From NCBI GenBank assembly GCA_963809595.1, contig CAWEKG010000002.1:20713-84712 (forward strand): a stretch of 64,000 nt of DNA, read 5' to 3'. The number at the start of each line of letters is the position of its first letter. Within the stretch, counting starts at the first letter, position 1. Under the pieces are notes generated by a model, which saw only the letters and a list, made by a program, of their open reading frames with translations, searched no databases and had not been told where the DNA came from. This document shows, piece after piece, positions 30,518 through 40,919 of the stretch. This DNA comes from an uncultured Chloroflexia bacterium. Its GTDB lineage: Bacteria > Chloroflexota > Limnocylindria > Limnocylindrales > CSP1-4. A program made the translations under genes and the position numbers.

Positions 30518-31843
30518 TCACGGTCGGGCGTCCTCCGACCGATCCTGTGCCGGGCCGCCGGTCCGCCGCGCAGTCCGGACGGCCTGCCGACCCGCGACGG
30601 CCGCCAGGATGTAGGGCTGGACGATCATCACGGCCGCCACCGCCAGGACGATGAGCGCCGTCAGCTCGGCGTTCGCCTGGAGCATCACGACGGTCAGCAG
30701 GATGACCATGAACGGGGCCTTGAACAGGACGATCAGGAAGCCGGCCATCACGCCGCCGATGAGCACGTCGATGCGGACCCCGGGGAGGAGCAGGCCGATC
30801 GCGAGCGCGACGCAGGTCGAGGCGAAGATCGCCGGAAAGGTGGGACCGCCCAGGAACCCGCTCTTGAAGGCGACCGCGAGCAGGGCCAGCTTCACGATCG
30901 CCATCGCCAGCAGGAGCGCCGGGCCGTACTTCGCCGGGTCGGCGACCACCGTCTGGATCTGCGACTCGCCCGAGAAGAGGAGGATCGGCGCGACGACGCC
31001 GACCGCGCTGAAGATGACCCCGGCGACGAGGGCCCGCTCCACCTCACGATCGCTGAACCGTCCGAAGAACGCGGCCGAGGCCCGGAACAGACCGCCGGCC
31101 ACGAGGGCCAGGACGAGCCCAAGGAGCCCGAAGACCACCACCAGGACGACGTCGATCGGTTTGAACGGCTGGTCCGGCGAGAGATGGAGGTAGTTCTGGA
31201 GTCCCGAGCTCCCCGCGGCGAAGAAGATCAGGTAGCCGATCGACCCGCCGATCAGCGTGGCCGGCAGGTTCCGGGCCTTCGCCTCGGGGTCGGCGATGAG
31301 CTCGGAGCCAAGGACCCCGGTGAAGAGCGGACTGGCGATGAGCCCGTTGTAGGCCGAGGCGAGGGCGGAGAAGACCAGTCGAGACCGATGCTCGGCCGGG
31401 ATCCCGACCTTCTCGTTGTAGAGCGCGGCGATCTTCGAGGCGATCCCGCCGATCCCGCCCTCGGGCCCCAGGACCGCGCCGGAGAAGAGTGAGACGAGGG
31501 ACATCACGATCGTGATCGGCAGGGTCCGCCAGTCGATCTTCGAGACATCGCCGGCGAGGCTGTCGAGCATCGACTCGTCGAGCGTGGTCGGGGCGTGACG
31601 GTACTTCACGAGGAGCCCGACCGCCAGCGAGAAGGGCAGGCAGATGACCGGGAACATCCACGGGTTCGCCGCGACGAAGTCGTTCTCCCAGAGGACCCGG
31701 TTGAGGGTCTCGTAGAGGACCAGCCAGGCGAGGACGGAGATCCCGCCGACCACCGCCACGACCACGACGTGGACGTACGGATGGACGGGCCGGGCGGCCG
31801 TGACGGTCTCGCCGACCGCGCGTTCGTCACCGGCCCCGGTCAC
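30518..31843 (-). CDS. ClC-family voltage-gated chloride channel / H+-Cl- antiporter
   Basis: A multi-helix membrane protein with a [12 protein letters not shown] selectivity-filter-like motif. The ORF runs to a TTG at 32035, but the first ~64 codons are low-complexity and overlap the xylA operator region. GTG at 31843 is proposed as the start; this is uncertain. Confidence 0.7.
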   Translation of the reverse strand: MTGAGDERAVGETVTAARPVHPYVHVVVVAVVGGISVLAWLVLYETLNRVLWENDFVAANPWMFPVICLPFSLAVGLLVKYRHAPTTLDESMLDSLAGDVSKIDWRTLPITIVMSLVSLFSGAVLGPEGGIGGIASKIAALYNEKVGIPAEHRSRLVFSALASAYNGLIASPLFTGVLGSELIADPEAKARNLPATLIGGSIGYLIFFAAGSSGLQNYLHLSPDQPFKPIDVVLVVVFGLLGLVLALVAGGLFRASAAFFGRFSDREVERALVAGVIFSAVGVVAPILLFSGESQIQTVVADPAKYGPALLLAMAIVKLALLAVAFKSGFLGGPTFPAIFASTCVALAIGLLLPGVRIDVLIGGVMAGFLIVLFKAPFMVILLTVVMLQANAELTALIVLAVAAVMIVQPYILAAVAGRQAVRTARRTGGPAQDRSEDARP

Positions 31844-32013
31844 CGACCTCAGGGTCGCGGCCGTGTCGCTCCCGTTCGAGTCCACGCCGGCCTCCGATGC
31901 CTGCCTCGGATCCTGCCCGAGGTCCCGGTCAGTGTGCCAGCCCGGCGTCCCGCCATCCCGTCCTTCGCGCACCGGCGGCTCGTCCGGTCGGTCGGTGATC
32001 GTCCCGCGCCGGC

Positions 32014-32038
32014 CATTTGTGTTCCCCTCGCACAAATG
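32014..32038. promoter_or_regulatory. perfect inverted repeat upstream of xylA (candidate ROK/XylR operator)
   Basis: CATTTGTG-ttcccctcg-CACAAATG: 8-bp perfect arms with a 9-nt spacer. It is followed by TGGTACGCT (32041-32049, resembling an extended -10 TGnTAnnnT), 73 nt upstream of the xylA GTG. Confidence 0.55.
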
Positions 32039-32110
32039 TCTGGTACGCTCGGAGCGATCAATGGATCGAGCCCGCTAGGGGGCGTCGAGCGGGCAGAAGG
32101 AGGGTCCACC

Positions 32111-33451
32111 GTGGCCAGCGAGTTCTTCCCCGAGGTCTCCGCGCCGATCCCGTTCGGCGGCGTGGATTCGACCGATCCGCTGTCGTTCAAGGTCTACCAG
32201 CCCGACCGGATGGTCCTCGGCAAGCGGATGGAGGATCACCTCCGGATCGGCGTCTGCCTGTGGCACTCGTTCAACTGGCCCGGCTCGGACATGTTCGGGG
32301 TGGGCACCTTCGATCGGCCCTGGCTGCGACCCGGGGTCGACCCGATGGCGGGTGCCCGGGCGAAGCTCGAGGCGGCCTTCGAGTTCATGGCCAAGCTCGG
32401 CGTCCCGTACTACTGCTTCCACGATCGCGACGTCGCGCCCGAGGGGCGGACCTTCGCCGAGTCGACGGCGAACCTCGAGACGATCGTCGCCGAGGCCGAG
32501 GCGCACTCGGCGCGGACCGGCGTCCGGCTCCTGTGGGGGACGGCCAACCTGTTCACCCACCCGCGCTACGCCGCCGGCGCCGCCACGAACCCCGACCCGG
32601 AGGTCTTCGCCTACGCGGCGGCCCAGGTCAGGACGATGCTCGAAGTGACCCAGCGGCTGGGTGGCATGAACTACGTCCTGTGGGGTGGCCGCGAGGGCTA
32701 CGAGACGCTGCTCAACACGGACCTCGCCCGCGAGGGGGCCCAGCTCGCCCGCTTCCTGCACCTGGTGGCCGAGCACAAGCACAAGATCGGCTTCGAAGGC
32801 GCCCTGCTCATCGAGCCGAAGCCGATGGAACCGACGAAGCACCAGTACGACTTCGATTGCGCGACCGTCCACGGTTTCCTGGTCAGGCACGGGCTCGAGG
32901 GCGAGTACCAGGTCAACATCGAGGCGAACCACGCGACCCTGGCCGGGCACAGCTTCCATCACGAGGTGGCCTACGCCATCGCCAACGGGATCTTCGGGAG
33001 CATCGACGCGAACCGGGGCGACTACCAGAACGGCTGGGACACCGACCAGTTCCCGAACTCCGTCGACGAGCTCTCGCTGGCCCTCTTCGAGATCCTCCGG
33101 GCCGGTGGCCTGAAGCGCGGCGGCTTCAACTTCGACTCGAAGCTGCGCCGCCAGAGCATGGATCGGCTCGACCTCTTCCACGCTCACATCGGGGGGATCG
33201 ACACCCTTGCCCGGGCGCTCCTGGTGGCCGCCGACATGGTCGAGCGGGGCACCCTCGACGCGATGCGCGAGGCGCGTTACGCGGGCTGGTCGGGCGAGCT
33301 CGGCCGGTCGATCCTGGCCGGTGAACTCCCCCTCGAGACGCTGGCCGGCCGGGTCGCCGCCGGTGAGATCGACCCGAGCCCGGTCTCGGGCCGGCAGGAG
33401 CTGTTCGAGAACGTGGTGAACCGGCACATCTGGGCCGTCGAACGCCGGTAG
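32111..33451 (+). CDS. xylA: xylose isomerase (class II)
   Basis: GTG at 32111 follows GAAGGAGG. Diagnostic text: LSFKVY...[11 protein letters not shown]...[13 protein letters not shown]...WGTANLF...VLWGGREGY...[17 protein letters not shown]...[17 protein letters not shown]...GSIDANRGD...GWDTDQFP. Confidence 0.95.
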   Translation: MASEFFPEVSAPIPFGGVDSTDPLSFKVYQPDRMVLGKRMEDHLRIGVCLWHSFNWPGSDMFGVGTFDRPWLRPGVDPMAGARAKLEAAFEFMAKLGVPYYCFHDRDVAPEGRTFAESTANLETIVAEAEAHSARTGVRLLWGTANLFTHPRYAAGAATNPDPEVFAYAAAQVRTMLEVTQRLGGMNYVLWGGREGYETLLNTDLAREGAQLARFLHLVAEHKHKIGFEGALLIEPKPMEPTKHQYDFDCATVHGFLVRHGLEGEYQVNIEANHATLAGHSFHHEVAYAIANGIFGSIDANRGDYQNGWDTDQFPNSVDELSLALFEILRAGGLKRGGFNFDSKLRRQSMDRLDLFHAHIGGIDTLARALLVAADMVERGTLDAMREARYAGWSGELGRSILAGELPLETLAGRVAAGEIDPSPVSGRQELFENVVNRHIWAVERR

Positions 33452-33482
33452 CGGATCGGGCGGCGCGACCGGAGCCGGCGCG

Positions 33483-34967
33483 ATGGGTCACGTCCTCGGG
33501 ATCGACGTCTCGACGACCGCGACGAAGGCCGTCCTGATCGACGAGTCCGGTGCGGTCGTCGGGGTCGGCGCCTCGGAGTATGGGTTCAGCGTCCCTCGCC
33601 CACTCTGGAGCGAGCAGGAGCCGGTGCTGTGGTGGGACGGCGCCGTCGCCGCCATCCGCTCCGTCCTGGCGGCGTCCGGGCTGGCCGGCTCGGAGATCGT
33701 CGCCGTCGGACTGACCGGCCAGATGCACGGTGCCGTGCTCCTCGACGCCGCCGGCCTGCCGCTTCGACCGGCCATTCTGTGGAACGACCAGCGGACCGCG
33801 GCCGAGTGCGATGCGATCCGACGTGCGCTCGGACCGGAGCGTCTCGTGGCCATCACCGGCAACGACGCGCTGACCGGGTTCACCGCCCCGAAGCTGGTCT
33901 GGGTGCGCGGCCACGAGCCCGACGTCTGGCGGCGGATCGCCCACGTCCTCCTGCCCAAGGACTACCTGCGGCTCCGGTTGACCGGCGACTACGCCCTGGA
34001 CAAGGCCGACGCCGCCGGTACGCTCCTGTTCGACCTGGCCGCCCGCGACTGGTCGCCGGTGGTGCTCGATGCGCTCGGCATCGATCCGGCCTGGATGCCG
34101 CCGACGCACGAGGGTCCGGTGGTCACCGGGACCGTCACCGCCGCGGCCGCGGCCGTCAGCGGGCTGCGGGCCGGGACCCCGGTCGTGGCCGGCGGCGGCG
34201 ACCAGTCGGCCAACGCCGTCGGCGTGGGGGCGGTCTCGGTCGGGACGATGGCCCTGTCGCTGGGGACGTCGGGGGTGGTGTTCGCGACCACCGACCGACC
34301 GCTCTACGAGCCCCACGGCCGGGTCCACGCCTTCTGTCACGCCGTCCCGGGTCGCTGGCACCTGATGTCGGTGATGCTCTCGGCGGCCGGCAGCCTGCGC
34401 TGGTTCCGCGACGCCGTCGCCCCGGAGGCGGAGTTCGGTGAGCTGGCTGCGAGCGCCGCCGAGGTGCCGGCCGGGAGCGCGGGGCTCGTCTTCCTGCCCT
34501 ATCTGTCCGGGGAGCGGAGCCCGCATCCCGACCCGCTCGCCCGCGGGGCGTTCGTCGGGCTCACCCTGAGCCACGATCGACGTCATCTCACCCGGGCCGT
34601 CCTCGAGGGCGTGGCGTTCGGGCTGCGCGACGGGCTCGACCTGATGCTCGAGGCCGGGACACCGGCGCCGGCCCAGATCCGGGCGTCGGGTGGTGGCACC
34701 GCGAGCCCGCTCTGGCGACAGATCCTGGCCGACGTGCTGGGGGCCGAGATCGCCACCGTGAACACGTCCGAGGGCGCGGCCTACGGAGCCGGGATCCTCG
34801 CCGCGGTCGGCGCCGGCTGGTTCCCGAGCGTCGAGATGGCCACGACCGCCCTGGTCAGGGCGACCCCGGTCGCCACCCCGGGAGCGGACGCCTCAGCCTA
34901 TGCCGAGGCGCACGCCGTCTACCGCGACCTCTACCCGGTCCTGGCGCCCACCTTCCATCGGTCCTAG
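33483..34967 (+). CDS. xylB: xylulokinase
   Basis: VLGIDVSTTATKAVLID...GLTGQMHGAVLLD...ILWNDQRT...FLPYLSGERSPH...ASGGGTASPLWRQILADVLG: FGGY kinase motifs, with the gene directly after xylA. Confidence 0.92.
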   Translation: MGHVLGIDVSTTATKAVLIDESGAVVGVGASEYGFSVPRPLWSEQEPVLWWDGAVAAIRSVLAASGLAGSEIVAVGLTGQMHGAVLLDAAGLPLRPAILWNDQRTAAECDAIRRALGPERLVAITGNDALTGFTAPKLVWVRGHEPDVWRRIAHVLLPKDYLRLRLTGDYALDKADAAGTLLFDLAARDWSPVVLDALGIDPAWMPPTHEGPVVTGTVTAAAAAVSGLRAGTPVVAGGGDQSANAVGVGAVSVGTMALSLGTSGVVFATTDRPLYEPHGRVHAFCHAVPGRWHLMSVMLSAAGSLRWFRDAVAPEAEFGELAASAAEVPAGSAGLVFLPYLSGERSPHPDPLARGAFVGLTLSHDRRHLTRAVLEGVAFGLRDGLDLMLEAGTPAPAQIRASGGGTASPLWRQILADVLGAEIATVNTSEGAAYGAGILAAVGAGWFPSVEMATTALVRATPVATPGADASAYAEAHAVYRDLYPVLAPTFHRS

Positions 34968-35022
34968 GCCGCTCGCGGCGGGACGCAGGCGCGCTCCACG
35001 AACCGAGCGACGGCGTCGGCCG

Positions 35023-35898
35023 TCAGCCGTGGAGCTCGGCCAGCTCCGTCTGGGTGACCTCGTTGGGCAGCTTGCCCATGATGATCATCCCGAGGACCTC
35101 GTCCTTGGTGACCTTGCTCTTGTCCACGGTGCCCACCAGCTTGCCCTGGAGCATGACGCTGATCCGGTCGGCCAGGTCGAAGACGTCGTGGATGTCGTGG
35201 CTGATCAGGAAGATCCCGATCCCTTCGTTCTTGAGCTGGGTCACCAGATCGCGGACCTGGGCCGTCTCGGCCGGGCCGAGCGCCGCGGTGGGCTCGTCCA
35301 TGATCAGGATCCTGGCGTTGAAGTGGACCGCCCGGGCGATGGCCACCGACTGGCGCTGGCCGCCGGAGAGGGACTTCACGGGGGTCTTGAAGTTCTTGAA
35401 CTTGGGGTTGAGCCGGCCCATGACCTTGCGGGTCGCCGACTCCATGGCGGCGTCGTCGAGCGAGCCGAACCGGGTGGTCAGCTCGCGGCCCAGGAACATG
35501 TTGGCGGTGGCATCGACGTTGTCGGCCAGGGCCAGGGTCTGGTAGATCGTCTCGATCCCGTACTGCTTCGCGTCGCGGGGGTTGGAGATCGAGACGGGTT
35601 GCCCGTTGATGAGGATCTCGCCCGAATCGGCCGGATGCGCCCCGGACAGGGCCCGGATCAGGGTGGACTTGCCGGCGCCGTTGCCGCCGACGAGGCCGAT
35701 GACCTCGCCGGGGTAGAGGTCCACGGTGACCCCGTCGACGGCATGGACCCCGCCGAACGAGATCCGCATGTCGCGCATCTCGACGAGTGGGACGCCCTGC
35801 GCGGACCGAGTTGGCCGAGCGGCGGCGGGCTCCTCGGCAGCGGCCGGCGGCGGGGGGGTCGGCTCGGTCGGCGGGGGGGTCGGCTCGCTCATGCTCAT
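35023..35898 (-). CDS. sugar ABC transporter ATP-binding protein (single NBD) with Pro-rich N-terminal extension
   Basis: ATG at 35898 follows GGGAGGA. Walker [10 protein letters not shown], signature LSGGQRQSV, Walker [12 protein letters not shown]. It is the last gene of the xylF-xylH-ATPase run. Confidence 0.88.
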   Translation of the reverse strand: MSMSEPTPPPTEPTPPPPAAAEEPAAARPTRSAQGVPLVEMRDMRISFGGVHAVDGVTVDLYPGEVIGLVGGNGAGKSTLIRALSGAHPADSGEILINGQPVSISNPRDAKQYGIETIYQTLALADNVDATANMFLGRELTTRFGSLDDAAMESATRKVMGRLNPKFKNFKTPVKSLSGGQRQSVAIARAVHFNARILIMDEPTAALGPAETAQVRDLVTQLKNEGIGIFLISHDIHDVFDLADRISVMLQGKLVGTVDKSKVTKDEVLGMIIMGKLPNEVTQTELAELHG

Positions 35899-35915
35899 GG
35901 TGTCCTCCCGTCCAC

Positions 35916-37226
35916 TCAGCTCGACCGACGTCGGAGGGCGGCATCGGTGCCGACCGCGGCGACGAGCACCACGCCCACGACGATGTCCTGGATCGGCGAG
36001 TCGACCTTGAGCAGAACCATGCCCGACTGGAGCGACTGCATGACGACCGCGCCGAGGAGCGCCCCGGGGATCGTCCCGATCCCGCCGGCGAACGAGGTCC
36101 CGCCGATGACCGCGGCCGCGATCACGTACAGCTCGCTCTGGACCCCGAGGCCGACGACCGCGGCGTTGAGCCGGGCGCTCTGGACCGCCGCGCTGACCGC
36201 GGCCAGCAGGCCCATGATCACGAACGTGAACATGATCGTCCGGCGGGTGTTGATGCCGCCCAGCTCGGCGGCGTCGGGGTTGCCGCCGATCGCGAAGACG
36301 TACCGACCGAAGCGGCGCCGGGTGGCGAGGATCGTCATGAGGATGGCGACCCCGATCCCGAGGAGGACCGGGTTGGCGATCCCGACCGGGGTGTTCAGCG
36401 GCTTGCCGTACTGCTGGGCGAGCGCTTCCGGCCAGTAGTAGGTGTTGGCCACCAGGATCGCGCCCAGGACCGCGCCGCAGCCAAGGATCAGGACCGTAGC
36501 CTCGGCCCACATCGGTCGGACCGGGAAGCCGTAGCGCCGGCGTCGGCGTCGACTGCTGATCAGGCTGTACACGATCCCCAGGCAGGCCAGGATCCCGACG
36601 ATCCAGCTGGCCGTCTCCCCGATCGAGCCGACGGGACCGCCGCCGAACAGCTGGAACGTGGAATCGAGGGGAGAGATGGTCCGGCCCGATGCCTCCTGGA
36701 AGGCGAAACCCCGCCAGACCAGGAGGCCGCCGAGGGTGACGATGAAGGAGGGCACCCCGATGTAGGCGATGATGAAGCCCTGGAAGCCGCCGATGGCCGC
36801 CCCGATGAGCAGGCCGCAGGCGAGCGCGATGACCCAGGTGAAGGGCCAGTTCACGCCCACGCCGAGCAGGTCCGGCAGCCACTCGGTCTGGATCATCGCC
36901 ATCGTCATGGCCGTGAACCCCAGCACCGAGCCGACCGACAGGTCGATGTTGCGCGACACGATGATGAGGACCATGCCGGTCGCCATGATCGCCACCGACG
37001 CGCTCTGGACCGACAGGTTCCAGAGGTTGCGCGGGGTCAGGAACAGGCCCCCGGACATGATGTTGAAGCCGATCCAGATGATGGCCAGCGCGGCGATCAT
37101 CCCCAGCAGGCGCGTGTCGATCTCCGTCGACAGGAGGAGCGACCGCAGGGAGTGCCGCTGTTCGCGGGGGGCGTCGGTCGGGACGGTTGAAGCCTCAGCC
37201 ATCGTTGCGCCTCGCTGACGGGCCAC
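35916..37226 (-). CDS. xylH: xylose/monosaccharide ABC transporter permease
   Basis: [39 protein letters not shown] is typical of the XylH/RbsC-type permease family. The start could be 37226 or 37202. Confidence 0.85.
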   Translation of the reverse strand: MARQRGATMAEASTVPTDAPREQRHSLRSLLLSTEIDTRLLGMIAALAIIWIGFNIMSGGLFLTPRNLWNLSVQSASVAIMATGMVLIIVSRNIDLSVGSVLGFTAMTMAMIQTEWLPDLLGVGVNWPFTWVIALACGLLIGAAIGGFQGFIIAYIGVPSFIVTLGGLLVWRGFAFQEASGRTISPLDSTFQLFGGGPVGSIGETASWIVGILACLGIVYSLISSRRRRRRYGFPVRPMWAEATVLILGCGAVLGAILVANTYYWPEALAQQYGKPLNTPVGIANPVLLGIGVAILMTILATRRRFGRYVFAIGGNPDAAELGGINTRRTIMFTFVIMGLLAAVSAAVQSARLNAAVVGLGVQSELYVIAAAVIGGTSFAGGIGTIPGALLGAVVMQSLQSGMVLLKVDSPIQDIVVGVVLVAAVGTDAALRRRSS

Positions 37227-37300
37227 CGAAATGGGACGCGCCCTGCGTCGCGGTGTTCCGCGGCGCAGGGCGCGTGAGCGTTACGAGGTTCGAGGACTCC

Positions 37301-38401
37301 CTACTTGCAGGCCGCCGGGCCGGTCGCGGCGTCGACACCCTGGCAGAGCTTGTCCTTGGCGATCCAGCCGGCATCGAGGACCACGTTGAGGTTGTCCTTG
37401 GTGATCGGCTGCGGGGTCAGCAGGATCGAGCTCAGCGAGTTCCCACCCGGGGTGGTGAACGGCGCGGCGCCCGTGATCTTGTCGACGGTGACCTTGTTGC
37501 AGAGCTGGACGGCAGCCTCGCCGGCGGCCTTGCCGAGCAGGCGGGCATCCTTCCAGACGTCGACCGTCTGGTTGCCCAGGGCGACGTTGTTGAGGGCGGC
37601 GGCGTCGCCGTCCTGACCGGAGACCGGGACCTTGCCGGCGAGACCCTGGGCCTTGAGGGCCGCGATCACGCCGCCGGCCATGCCGTCGTTCTCGGAGAGG
37701 ACCGCGTCCACCTTGTTGGCGTTGGCGGTGAGGAACTGCTCCATCTCGGTCTGGGCGAGATCGGGCTTCCAGTTGTCGGTGTAGGTCTCGCCGACGATCT
37801 TGATGTCGCCGGAGTCGACCGCGGCCTTGATGATCTCGTCCATGCCGGCGCGCAGGAAGTCGGCGTTCGCGTCGGCCTTGTTGCCCTTGATGATCACGTA
37901 GTTGCCCTTGGGCACGACCTTGAACACCGCGTCGGCCTGCATCTTGCCGACTTCCTTGTTGTTGAACGTGATGTAGAGGGCCTTCGGATCCTCGATGAGG
38001 CGGTCATACGCGATGACCGGGATCCCCTGCGATGCCGCGCTGGCGACCGCAGGCTTGATCGCCGTGCCGTCCTGGGCAAGCACGATCAGGACCTTGGCGC
38101 CCTGCGAGATCAGCTGGTCGACGTTGGTCGCCTGGGTCTCGGCCGACGACTTCGCGTCGTTCGAGATGTACTCGGCGCCGGCCGCCGCGAGAGCCGCCTT
38201 GATGGCCGGCTCGTCCCACTTCGCCCAGCGCTCCTCCTGGTAGTTGTTCCAGGAGACGCCGACCTTGCAGCCGGCGGCGCTGCCGGCACCACCGCCGCTC
38301 GCCGCCGCGCTCGGGGCGGTGCTCGCACCGCTGCTCGAACACGCGGCGAAGACGACCGCGGCACCTGCCACGAGCGCTGCCACCTTCTTGTGGATGATCA
38401 C
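37301..38401 (-). CDS. xylF: D-xylose ABC transporter substrate-binding lipoprotein
   Basis: Lipobox VFAACSS. Long colinear resemblance to E. coli XylF: VIAYDRLI vs VLAYDRMI, GNYVIIKGNKADANADFLRAG vs GNYFLMGGSPVDNNAKLFRAG, VSGQDGDAAAL vs ISGQDADLAGI. Confidence 0.88.
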   Translation of the reverse strand: MIIHKKVAALVAGAAVVFAACSSSGASTAPSAAASGGGAGSAAGCKVGVSWNNYQEERWAKWDEPAIKAALAAAGAEYISNDAKSSAETQATNVDQLISQGAKVLIVLAQDGTAIKPAVASAASQGIPVIAYDRLIEDPKALYITFNNKEVGKMQADAVFKVVPKGNYVIIKGNKADANADFLRAGMDEIIKAAVDSGDIKIVGETYTDNWKPDLAQTEMEQFLTANANKVDAVLSENDGMAGGVIAALKAQGLAGKVPVSGQDGDAAALNNVALGNQTVDVWKDARLLGKAAGEAAVQLCNKVTVDKITGAAPFTTPGGNSLSSILLTPQPITKDNLNVVLDAGWIAKDKLCQGVDAATGPAACK

Positions 38402-38560
38402 TGTTGCCTACCTCCTCTGGACCTATGACGACGTCGAAGTCAGGGAATGGTCCCGCGCTAGGCTACCACCCTCCCCGGTGCCGTTTCCGTCCTTCGACGC
38501 CGCTTGACGAGCCGATCGTGTCGGCTGCATGAGTGGCCCGGAGCGCAAACGCCTCATCGC

Positions 38561-39796
38561 TCAGGCGCTCGCCAGCTCGGCCAGTGGGGTCCCGGACTGG
38601 ACCCGGATCGTGGGGTCGGCCAGGAGCGGCTCGAAGGCCAGCTCGGCGGCTCCCAGCAACGGGGCGTCCACGGCCAGTCTCGCCGGGACGACCCGGACCA
38701 TCGATCGGGGCGCAGCCAGCGCCCGGCGGTCCAGCTCGTCCTCGAGGCTGTCGATCACGAACGGGTGGATCCGGCCGAACCGGCCGCCCAGCACGATCAG
38801 CCGGGGGTTGAGCACGTTGACCAGTCCGGCCAGGCCCAGGCCCAGCCAGCGACCGACCCGGTCGAGGGCGTCCAGGGCGATCGGCGAGCCCGCGGCCGCC
38901 TCGCGCAGGACCGCGTCGACCTCGTCGCGCCCGCCGCTCCGGGGGTGACCGGCGAGCTGGAGGAGGACCTCCTCGCCGACCTCGGTCTCCCAGCACCCGG
39001 TGGCGCCGCAGCGACAGGTCGCGCCGGCCGGGTTGACCGGGACGTGGCCGACCTCGCCACCGTAACCGGCCGCGCCGGTGAAGGGCTGACCGCCCACGAT
39101 CAGACCACCCCCGACGCCGACCTCCCCGCACAGGAACAGGACGTCGTCGGTGCCCACCGCAGCGCCCCGACGGTGCTCCGCGAGCGCCCCGAGGTCGGCA
39201 TCGTTGGCGATCGAGATCGGGACCGCCAGGCCGAGGGCGTCGGCCAGCCGCTCGCCGAGCGGGACATCGTGCCAACCGAGGTTCGGGGCGATCGAGACGA
39301 GGCCGTCCTCCCGACGGACGACGCCGACGACCGCCACGCCCACCCCGACGAGCGGTTCCTCGATCGGCCGGCGGGCGCGGACCCGCGCCGCGAGTCCGAC
39401 CAGGGCGTCAACGACCTCGTCGAGCGACGAGTGGCCCCGCGGCTGGTCGATCCGGATGAGCTCGAGCACGTCGCCGCCCAGCCCGACCACCGCCACGGCC
39501 AGCGAGTCGACCGCGATGTCCAGGGCGAGGACCACCGCCCCGTCCGGGCTCAGATGGACGAGCGGGGATGGCCGCCCAGGCGTCCCGAGCGGGACCGCTC
39601 GCCCCTCGGTGACGAGACCCACGTCCGCGAGCTCGCCGATCAGGCTGCGGATCGCGCTCCGGGTCAGCCCCGTGCGGGCGACGAGGTCGGAGCGCGAGAG
39701 CGGTCCGTGGATGTGGAGCTCGCGCACGACCGTGCTCAGGTTCGCCCTGCGGACCGTCTCGCTGCGCTGGCCGAGCTCGTCGCGTGCGATCGTCAC
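38561..39796 (-). CDS. ROK-family transcriptional regulator (XylR-like)
   Basis: An N-terminal wHTH (RRANLSTVVRELHIHGPLSRSDLVARTGLTRSAIRSLIGEL) plus a ROK sugar-kinase-like domain with CRCGATGCWE. GTG at 39796 has GAGAGGAA upstream; the ORF extends to 39862. Confidence 0.85.
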   Translation of the reverse strand: MTIARDELGQRSETVRRANLSTVVRELHIHGPLSRSDLVARTGLTRSAIRSLIGELADVGLVTEGRAVPLGTPGRPSPLVHLSPDGAVVLALDIAVDSLAVAVVGLGGDVLELIRIDQPRGHSSLDEVVDALVGLAARVRARRPIEEPLVGVGVAVVGVVRREDGLVSIAPNLGWHDVPLGERLADALGLAVPISIANDADLGALAEHRRGAAVGTDDVLFLCGEVGVGGGLIVGGQPFTGAAGYGGEVGHVPVNPAGATCRCGATGCWETEVGEEVLLQLAGHPRSGGRDEVDAVLREAAAGSPIALDALDRVGRWLGLGLAGLVNVLNPRLIVLGGRFGRIHPFVIDSLEDELDRRALAAPRSMVRVVPARLAVDAPLLGAAELAFEPLLADPTIRVQSGTPLAELASA

Positions 39797-39799
39797 GGG

Positions 39800-39822
39800 A
39801 TTTGTGTTCCTCTCATCCAAAC
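39800..39822. promoter_or_regulatory. second copy of the xyl operator-like motif in the ROK-regulator / oxidoreductase divergent region
   Basis: ATTTGTGTTCCTCTCATCCAAAC matches the xylA-upstream ATTTGTGTTCCCCTCGCACAAAT at 17 of 23 positions (first 11 identical). TGGTACACC follows at 39833-39841. Confidence 0.45.
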
Positions 39823-39912
39823 TATGCAAGACTGGTACACCGGCACTGCCGGTGTCAAGCATCGGGACGCGGTGCGCCCGGCGGGCGGGACCGGAGCGAG
39901 AGGAGCGATGCC

Positions 39913-40902
39913 ATGACGATCCTGCGCTGGGGCATCCTGGGGCCCGGCCGGATCGCCCCGCGGCTCGTCCGGGCGGTGGCCTCCACCCCTCGCGGCGAGC
40001 TCGTCGCAGTCGCCAGCCGCGACCCGGCCCGGGCGGCCACCTTCGCCGCGGCCCACGGCATCCCGCGGTCCTTCGGCTCGTACGAGGCGCTCCTCGCCTC
40101 GCCGGACGTCGACGTGGTCTACGTCTCGCTGCCCAACCATCTCCACGCCGGCTGGACGATCCGCGCCCTCGAGGCGGGGAAGCACGTCCTCTGCGAGAAG
40201 CCGCTCGCTCTCGCGGTGTCGGAGGTGGACGCGATCGCGACGACCGCCGAGCGGACCGGCCGGATCGCGGTGGAGGCGTTCATGTACCTCCACCACCCCC
40301 AGACCCTGCAGGCCCTCGAGCTGGCCCGGGGCGGCGCGCTCGGTCCGCTCGAGCTGGTCCACGGCTCGTTCTCGTTCTTCCTGACTCAGGCGGACGACCC
40401 CCGGATCGACCCCGCCAAGGGCGGCGGCTCCCTGTGGGACGTCGGCTGCTACCCGGTCAGCCTGGCCCGACGGATCGCCGCCGAGGAGCCCGACCGAGTG
40501 GCGGCCTTCGCCCGGTTCGATGAGCGGGGGGTCGATCGGACGTTCTTGGGTCAGCTCCATTTCCCGGGCGGTCTCCTCGCCCAGTTCGACAGCGGGTTCG
40601 CCGCGCCGGACCGGCAGCGGGTCGAGATCGTGGGCGGGGAGGCCAGCCTTGTCCTCGAGTCGCCGTTCCTGCCCGAGCCGGACGGCCTTCCGCCGTCGCT
40701 GACGCTGTGGCGCGGCCGCCTCGCCACCAGGATCGAGGTCCCGTCGGTGGACCAGTACCGGTCCGAGGTCGAGGACCTGACCGGAGCGATCCTCGACGGG
40801 CGGACCCCCCGCGTGGACCTCGCCTTCAGTCGGGGTACCATCGCCTCACTCGTCGACCTGGATCACGCCGCCCGGGTCGATGCCGGGCTGACCGGACGCT
40901 GA
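39913..40902 (+). CDS. Gfo/Idh/MocA-family NAD(P)-dependent oxidoreductase
   Basis: ATG at 39913. ILRWGILGPGRIAPR (Rossmann fold), VYVSLPNHLHAGWTIRALEAGKHVLCEKP (EKP motif). Confidence 0.85.
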   Translation: MTILRWGILGPGRIAPRLVRAVASTPRGELVAVASRDPARAATFAAAHGIPRSFGSYEALLASPDVDVVYVSLPNHLHAGWTIRALEAGKHVLCEKPLALAVSEVDAIATTAERTGRIAVEAFMYLHHPQTLQALELARGGALGPLELVHGSFSFFLTQADDPRIDPAKGGGSLWDVGCYPVSLARRIAAEEPDRVAAFARFDERGVDRTFLGQLHFPGGLLAQFDSGFAAPDRQRVEIVGGEASLVLESPFLPEPDGLPPSLTLWRGRLATRIEVPSVDQYRSEVEDLTGAILDGRTPRVDLAFSRGTIASLVDLDHAARVDAGLTGR

Positions 40903-40919
40903 GAGGCACGGAGCACACG

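Noticed and set aside
31844-32035. The N-terminal 64-codon extension of the ClC gene, starting at TTG 32035.
   Set aside because: The extension is a low-complexity, charged sequence. The TTG lies inside the right arm of the xylA-upstream inverted repeat. An internal GTG (31843) gives a normal ~441-aa ClC length. The true start remains uncertain.
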